Assembly (NCBI GenBank): GCA_963765575.1
Contig: CAVXWZ010000001.1
Coordinates: forward strand, 128,001 to 192,000
Direction of reading: 5' to 3'
Origin: an uncultured cyanobacterium
Lineage (GTDB): Bacteria; Cyanobacteriota; Cyanobacteriia; PCC-6307; Cyanobiaceae
Length of the DNA: 64,000 nucleotides
Below, in pieces: positions 58,479-64,000 of this stretch. Both the position numbers and the translations under genes were made by a program. How positions within the stretch are numbered: position 1 is the first letter of the stretch; each line of letters starts with the position of its first letter. The notes beneath the pieces were generated by a model that did no database searches, was not told the DNA's origin, and saw nothing but the letters and a program-made list of their open reading frames with translations.

Positions 58479-59534
58479 TCATTCCTTGATCTTGTCGATT
58501 TCTGCGAGAGCACGCTTGAGCACATCACCCTTGAGCGGCACGTAGCCAAGCTCAGCAGCGGTGGCCTGAGGGCCCTCTTGGAGGGACCACTTGAGGAACG
58601 TGCGCACGGCCTCGGCCTTCTCGGGGCCGTAGCCGTTTTCGTAGGCGAGGATCCAGGTGAAGGCCGCGATCGGGAAGCTGTCGGCGCCGGCCGGATTGCA
58701 GTCGGTGCCGCCCAGACGCTCATCGAGCACGATGCCGTTGAGCGCAGCCGCGCCGCTCTCACCGGTGGCGGTGATGAAGTTGCCGTCCTTGTTCTGCACG
58801 GCGGCGCCCTTGATGTCGCCGCGCACGAAGGCCTGGTTGATGTAGCCGATGGAGCCCGGGGTGTTGCCGATCAGGCCGGCAACGCCCTCGTTGCCCTTGC
58901 CACCCACGCCCACCGGCCACTCCACGGCCTTGCCACTGCCCACCGTGTCTTCCCACTCCTTGGAGAAGCAGCTCAGCGAGCTGGTGAACACGGCGGTGGT
59001 GCCGGAGCCGTCGCTGCGGTGGGCCACGGTGATCGGAGCCTCAGGGCAGCCGAGGTCCTTCCAGTCGGTGATCTTGCCCAGGAAGATGTCCGCCAGCTGG
59101 GCCTGGGTGAGCTTCAGGTCAGGGCAGTCGGCGTTGTTGTAGGCCGGCACCACCGTGCCGCCCAGCATTGGGATCTGCAGGGCACCGCGCTCACCGGCGG
59201 TTTCCTTGCTGAATTCTTCCTCGTCCAGCTGTTCGTCGGTGGCGCCGAAGTCAACCGAACCAGCCAGGAACTGGCGCACGCCGGCACCGGAACCAACCGA
59301 CTGGTAGTTGACCTGGTTGCCGGTTTCCGTGGCGTAGTCGCCCGCCCAGCGCTGGTAGGCCGCCGCCGGGAAGGAGGCCCCGGCGCCGTTGATCGTGGGC
59401 AGGGACACGCTGCCGCCGCCCCCACAGCCCGTGGCGAGCATGGAGAGCGACACCAGGCCTCCGGTGATGGCCAGGGAGGAGCGGCGGCCGGGCAGGCGCT
59501 GCTTCGGCTTGGCGGAGGAGCGAATCGGTTGCAT
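58479..59534 (-). CDS. pstS: PstS phosphate-binding lipoprotein (E. coli-type)
   Basis: Lipobox ATGC, GAGASFP, YQSVGSGAG, HRSDGSGTT, GKGNEGV. Confidence 0.95.
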   Translation of the reverse strand: MQPIRSSAKPKQRLPGRRSSLAITGGLVSLSMLATGCGGGGSVSLPTINGAGASFPAAAYQRWAGDYATETGNQVNYQSVGSGAGVRQFLAGSVDFGATDEQLDEEEFSKETAGERGALQIPMLGGTVVPAYNNADCPDLKLTQAQLADIFLGKITDWKDLGCPEAPITVAHRSDGSGTTAVFTSSLSCFSKEWEDTVGSGKAVEWPVGVGGKGNEGVAGLIGNTPGSIGYINQAFVRGDIKGAAVQNKDGNFITATGESGAAALNGIVLDERLGGTDCNPAGADSFPIAAFTWILAYENGYGPEKAEAVRTFLKWSLQEGPQATAAELGYVPLKGDVLKRALAEIDKIKE

Positions 59535-59585
59535 GAACTGGCTGTTGGGACCCAGGACCACATCTAACGGAGCACGGGGGCGATG

Positions 59586-59615
59586 GGCTTAAGGGGTGTT
59601 TATGGCGAGGTTAAA
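59586..59615 (-). promoter_or_regulatory. triple Pho box
   Basis: TTTAACCT-cgc-CATAAACA-ccc-CTTAAGCC. Confidence 0.8.
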
Positions 59616-59733
59616 TGCTCATGGATGGAAGCAATCGAGGCCAACGGCAACTCCATCTCACCTGGGTGGCTGCCCTGTGTGTTGACCATGTGCTGACCAT
59701 CTTCACGGATAACCCACGCTGTAGACCCCGCAT

Positions 59734-59757
59734 AAAAAAGCCCCCCGTGAGGGGGGC
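59734..59757 (-). terminator. Rho-independent terminator of som
   Basis: gcccccc-tcac-ggggggc followed by T6. Confidence 0.88.
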
Positions 59758-59838
59758 GGCTGATCCCCGCGGGAATCAGCAGGATGGGTGTGTGAGGACA
59801 GGTCTGAGGGTGAACCGCGGCAGGGCCACGGCCCGCGA
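59734..59838 (-). ncRNA. candidate Yfr1-like 3'UTR RNA element
   Basis: Hairpin, unpaired C/U-rich tract with GUCCUCACAC, hairpin, terminator. Confidence 0.45.
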
Positions 59839-61310
59839 TCAGAATTTGAACGTGGTCTGGATCACGCCGCCCCAGGCATCGTTGCCGCTGTTGGAGGCCA
59901 CTTGGTCGCCGTAGAACAGCGCCGGGGTGATGCTGATGTTGTCGGTGACCTGGAAGCTGGTACCAGAGCTCATAGAGCATCGAGTCGTTGCGGCTGCCGG
60001 TGAAGGGAGGCTGGCCCAGGGCGAAGCCGGCATCGCTGCCGTTGAGGAACGCGTCATCCCACTGCAGACCCACCATCCAGGACTGGGAATCGCTGATCCC
60101 CTCGTCCTGCCAGTTGTAGCCGTAGCCGGCACTGATCGACGGAATCCAGCCCGCGTCTATCGGCGCCCAGTAGGCCGCGAAGCCAAGGCTGCTGGCGCTG
60201 CCGCCAGCTGGGCACGGTGGAGCTGAAGTTGGGACCCGCAGGCGGCTGTTCTCGGAGCCGTAGCGGTAGGCCACGGCGGCACCCCAGTTGCGACCCTTGA
60301 CGCCCAGCTGGCTGAGCCAGTTGATGCCGCTCTCCTCGGTGAAGGCACCGACGCTGGAGTCGGCGAAGCCATTGTTGGCGACGTAGTTGGTGTCAAAGGT
60401 GATGGCGGGGTTGCCCTTCTCCACCTGCTGCTTCCAGCTGACGCCGACACCGGCGCCGGTGGCTTTGTTGTAGGTGCCGGAGGCACCGGCGAGGCGGAAG
60501 AAGTCGAGGATGCTCGAGTTGTAGGCCTGGGGCGTGAAGCTCAGCATCTCGGTGTTGCGCACCAGGGCGCCCACCGTGAACCGGAAGCTGTCGCCCACCG
60601 GGAAGCGGTAGAAGAGGCGATCCACCTCAACGCTGTTGTCGGTACCTTCGGCCTTGTCCAGCTTGAAGATCTGGGAGCTGCTGCCGAAGGGCAGGGATTC
60701 GAAGTTGCCGGCGCGCAAACGGGTGCGCAGCAGATCCTTGCCGGTGAAGCTGGTGTCGAAGGTCAGCCGCAGGTCGTAGTTGAAGGTGGTTTCGTTCGGA
60801 TCGCCTGTCAGATCCACCGATGGGGCTCTCGAAGTCGGGGGAGCCACCCAGGATGAAGCTGGCCTCACCCTTCAGCACGGTGGTGGTGGAAAACTGGCTG
60901 GCCTCCAGCTCACCCACCTTGGCCTCGAGGCCGTCGACGCGGCCCTTGAGGATGGCGAGTTCCCTCTCGAACTCGGCCATCAGGCGCTTGAGCTCGTCGG
61001 TCACTTCGGTGACGCGGTCGAGACAGGCGTTCAGGAGGGCGGCGGCCTCGAAACGGGTCATGGCCCGCTGGCCCTTGAAGGTGCCGTCGGGATAGCCGGC
61101 GACGCAGCCGTAACGCTCGATCAGGTTGGAGAGCGCCTGGTAGGCCCAGTCCGTGGGGAAGACGTCGGGGAACTGGGAGATGCTGGTGACTTGGTCGCTG
61201 CTGGCGTACTGATTGACGCCATCCAGGTTGACCTCAGCGGCGGTGGCGGCCACGGGGGCCAGCAGTCCGAGTGCCGCAGGGGCAACCAGCAGTTGCTGGA
61301 AGAGTTTCAT
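59839..61310 (-). pseudogene. som: SLH-domain Som porin with several 1-nt indels (probably sequencing errors)
   Basis: MKLFQQLL signal, SLH domain, barrel and QTTFKF end split over three ORFs. Confidence 0.88.
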
Positions 61311-61406
61311 CGGGTCCTCACACCGATAGGTCAAAATGCCCAACGGGCACGGCGCGCAACGTAACCGCTGCACCTTGAAAAAGGGAGTGGGCAGGCCACG
61401 GCGCGC

Positions 61407-61422
61407 TGTAGCGCAGAACACA
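61407..61422. promoter_or_regulatory. NtcA-like box upstream of som
   Basis: TGTA-GCGCAGAA-CACA. Confidence 0.45.
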
Positions 61423-61626
61423 TCCCCTTCGATCCTCAGGCCAGTCGGCCGCCAGGGTGGTCAATCCAGCCCGGATTCGGCCCGGCCCGGATTCGCCCAG
61501 CCTGGATCGGCCTTGCCCCGCGGCCAGCATCGCCAGTTCCCGCCACTGCCGTCAGCACTGCAGGCGCTGCTGTTCCAGCAACCAGTCGAGCTGGGGCACG
61601 GTGCGCTCGATGCCATCGCTGCACTC

Positions 61627-62727
61627 TCAGCGCCGGGCCGTCCAGTCCTGGAACCAGCCGCGCCGTTGCAGCAGCCACACCTGCAGGGCCGCCACCAGCG
61701 CCATCAGCAGCAGGGCATAGGCATAGCCATAGCGCCAGTGCAGCTCCGGCATGTGCTCGAAATTCATGCCGTAGATGCCACCGATCACGGTGAGCGGGGC
61801 GAAGATGCTCGTGAGGATGGTGAGGATTTTCATCACCTGGTTCATGCGGTTGCTCACGCTCACGGCATAGGCCTGGGAGATCCCGTCGCACTGGTGACGC
61901 AGCAGCTCGCAGCTCTCGAACAGCAGCTCCACCTGCTCGGCCATGTCGTTGAAGCCGGCGAGGGCCTCCGGGCCCAGCAACTGCTGAAACTGGCGCAGCA
62001 GTTTGCGGATCTGATGGCGCAGGGGCCAGATCTGATGACGGATCCGGCGCACGTTGCTGCGGTGCTGGAAGGCCAGGTTGAGCAGCCTGGGTTTGGGGTT
62101 CCTCAGGGCCGCCTCCTCGAGATCTTCGAGGGCGTTGGCGACCTGCTCAACGATGGGGAAGAGGCCATCGAGCACGTCGTCGATCAGGTAGTGCAGGATG
62201 TCGTCGAGATCCCGCTGGTCCACCGCGCCGGCATTGGAGCGCAGCCAGCCGGTGACCTCGGCAAAGGAGTTGCCCTGGCTGGATTCCTCGCAGCTCACCA
62301 GCAAATTGGGGAGCAGCAGCAGACCCACCTGGGAGCTGATCAGGTGGGCCGGGTTGCGCGCGCTGCTCAGCCGATGCAGCACCACCAGCAGGGCGCCGTC
62401 GAGGCTGTCCACCCGCGGCCGCTGGGGCACCTCCAGCAGGGGCGGCAGCAGCAGGGGCGGAACCCCCAGCTCCTCAAGCGTCGCGGCGATCTGGTCGGGC
62501 TGGGAGAGGCCCACCACCCGCAGCCAGATCGGCAGGCCGAGGCCCTTCAGCCGTTGCACGTCCCGGGCGCTGTCCACTGTGCGCAGCTCCGCCCCCTCGG
62601 GGCCGAACACCAGGGCGCTGAGGTGGCTGGGCAGCCGGCCGCCGTGCACATAGAGCTCGCTGGGCAGGTTGGCCGGCCGCTCCTCCAGGCGACGGGAGGT
62701 CAGGGCACCAGGGGTTGGACGCAGCAC
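61627..62727 (-). CDS. corA: Mg/Co transporter CorA
   Basis: MNQVMKILT, YGMNFEHMPELHW. Confidence 0.93.
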   Translation of the reverse strand: MLRPTPGALTSRRLEERPANLPSELYVHGGRLPSHLSALVFGPEGAELRTVDSARDVQRLKGLGLPIWLRVVGLSQPDQIAATLEELGVPPLLLPPLLEVPQRPRVDSLDGALLVVLHRLSSARNPAHLISSQVGLLLLPNLLVSCEESSQGNSFAEVTGWLRSNAGAVDQRDLDDILHYLIDDVLDGLFPIVEQVANALEDLEEAALRNPKPRLLNLAFQHRSNVRRIRHQIWPLRHQIRKLLRQFQQLLGPEALAGFNDMAEQVELLFESCELLRHQCDGISQAYAVSVSNRMNQVMKILTILTSIFAPLTVIGGIYGMNFEHMPELHWRYGYAYALLLMALVAALQVWLLQRRGWFQDWTARR

Positions 62728-62970
62728 GGGGGCTCAGGGACGATCCAGCGGTCGGGCACCTTGGTGCCGCCCAGGATGGAGGCCTGCAACAGCAGACACA
62801 CCATCACGTCGGACATCATGCTCGCAGAGATCATGACGCTTGGATCCACGGCTGAATCCTGGGTCGCGCGCCATCGCCTCTGCGTGCTGCCGGTCACATC
62901 CGGCTCCGCAACCTCGCACTCGAGGCCATGACCAGCCAAGTGACATGGCTAATTTGAGGGTCAGTGACCT

Positions 62971-63267
62971 GTGCGCAAGGACCTTGAGTTCCTCCTCTTC
63001 AAGGCCGCACTCCGGCGATCGCCATCCCGACGATCGCACTCACGAGGAGTGCGCTCGCCCTTGGAGAGTCATTCCTCCTACCGCTCCGATGACTGGTCGC
63101 CCCAGCGGGTGATGTTTCACCAGAACCTGGAGACCTTCGCCGATCGGGTGGGGCTGCTGGTGGGGCTGCAGAGCAACGGCAAGCTCACCCAGGAGGACGC
63201 CTACGAGGAGATCCGGCGCATGTGGAAGCAGCTCAAGGAGAGCAAAGGGTCGCTGCTGGCCGACTGA
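62971..63267 (+). CDS. conserved cyanobacterial hypothetical protein
   Basis: FHQNLETFADRV...GKLTQEDAYEEIRRMWKQLK; true start may be further downstream. Confidence 0.75.
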   Translation: MRKDLEFLLFKAALRRSPSRRSHSRGVRSPLESHSSYRSDDWSPQRVMFHQNLETFADRVGLLVGLQSNGKLTQEDAYEEIRRMWKQLKESKGSLLAD

Positions 63268-63284
63268 GGCCCCCGAAGCGCGAT

Positions 63285-64000
63285 TCACGCCTGCTGGCCC
63301 AGGTGGCTGCCGATTCGTTGCAGGTGCTGGCTGACCCGCCGCAGCCAGCGCATCGCCTGCAGGCGTTCGGTGCCGCCATCGACGTCCAGGTTTCCGGCCG
63401 CCACCTGCGCCAGCACCTCAGCGCGGAAGGGATCCACCCGCCCCTCGACCTCAAGGGCGCAGCGTGTGGCCGTGCTGGCTGCTTGCTGCCACTGCCGCTC
63501 CACGGCCAGGGGAAGCATGCGAGCCACCGCCCCCTGCAGGGCCCGGCGCTCGGCGGCCAGCCCGGCGCAGCTCACCACCGTGCGCAGCCGTTCCGGCTCT
63601 TCCTGGCAGCGTTCATGCAGGCGCTGCAGGTGATCCAGGCCATGCAGCAGGTGCACCAGGTGCTCCCCCAGGGGTTGGCTGAGGCCCCCGAGGTGAATCT
63701 GGTCGAGATAGAGCTCCAGCCGATCGAGGTCGGCCTGCAGCACCTCCAGTTGCTGCCGCTGCCGGCGGCTGGATTCAGCGGCAAGGGCCTGGCGCAGCAG
63801 CTTGAGCAGGGTCACGAAGGTCTCGTTGATCGCCTGCTCCGCCTGGCTGATGGCCGCCGCGGCGTCCTGCGGTGGCGTGTCGCTGAGGGCATCCACCGAG
63901 CGATCGCCTTCGGCGGGCAGCAGGCGCCGGATGAGGGCGGCGAAGGGCAGGGTGAAGGGCAGCACCAGCAGCACACCGGTGAGGTTGAAGCCGGTGTGGA
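63285..64000 (-). CDS. Na/Pi cotransporter family, PhoU-like C-terminus (partial)
   Basis: HTGFNLTGVLLVLPF followed by helical LERL-type repeats. Confidence 0.75.
   Translation of the reverse strand, partial: HTGFNLTGVLLVLPFTLPFAALIRRLLPAEGDRSVDALSDTPPQDAAAAISQAEQAINETFVTLLKLLRQALAAESSRRQRQQLEVLQADLDRLELYLDQIHLGGLSQPLGEHLVHLLHGLDHLQRLHERCQEEPERLRTVVSCAGLAAERRALQGAVARMLPLAVERQWQQAASTATRCALEVEGRVDPFRAEVLAQVAAGNLDVDGGTERLQAMRWLRRVSQHLQRIGSHLGQQA

Noticed and set aside
62734..62939. Leader peptide or Mg riboswitch upstream of corA
   Set aside because: Short ORFs exist in several frames, but no M-box-like motif or attenuator was recognisable.
1..64000. HIP1 (GCGATCGC) enrichment
   Set aside because: Instances seen fall mostly within coding sequence, e.g. 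Ala-Ile-Ala codons; enrichment cannot be claimed without an observed/expected count.

Overview
High-GC picocyanobacterial chromosome segment (Cyanobium/Synechococcus-like, judged from ndhL, hli, cpcB, acsF, som porins and a phycobilisome linker). It has no integrase, IS element or CRISPR array. From left to right it carries: a Zn ABC transporter end, a group-2-like sigma factor, petJ, a decayed binding-protein/MscS pair, ndhL-DUF3007-trpA (trpA frameshifted), an atypical short-arm tRNA-Leu(UAA), Ktr/CaCA ion transport, an orphan cpcB, a divergent PII/amt pair with NtcA-like boxes, a micro-oxic acsF-ho-hemN cluster facing an ArsR-family gene, gor, pdxH, a Fur-box porin, a B12-riboswitch hupE, a two-component system and cysK. 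A large phosphate/arsenic region follows (ptrA-phoB-phoR, acr3-arsR, gap3-arsJ, two pstS, som, Na/Pi transporter), interrupted by a lower-GC persulfide-dioxygenase island. The most novel observation is a Yfr1-like seed (GUCCUCACAC) between hairpins in the 3' UTR of the second som porin that is exactly complementary to that gene's own ribosome-binding region. Several single-base indels in short homopolymers suggest sequencing errors. All family assignments are from motif recognition, not database searches.
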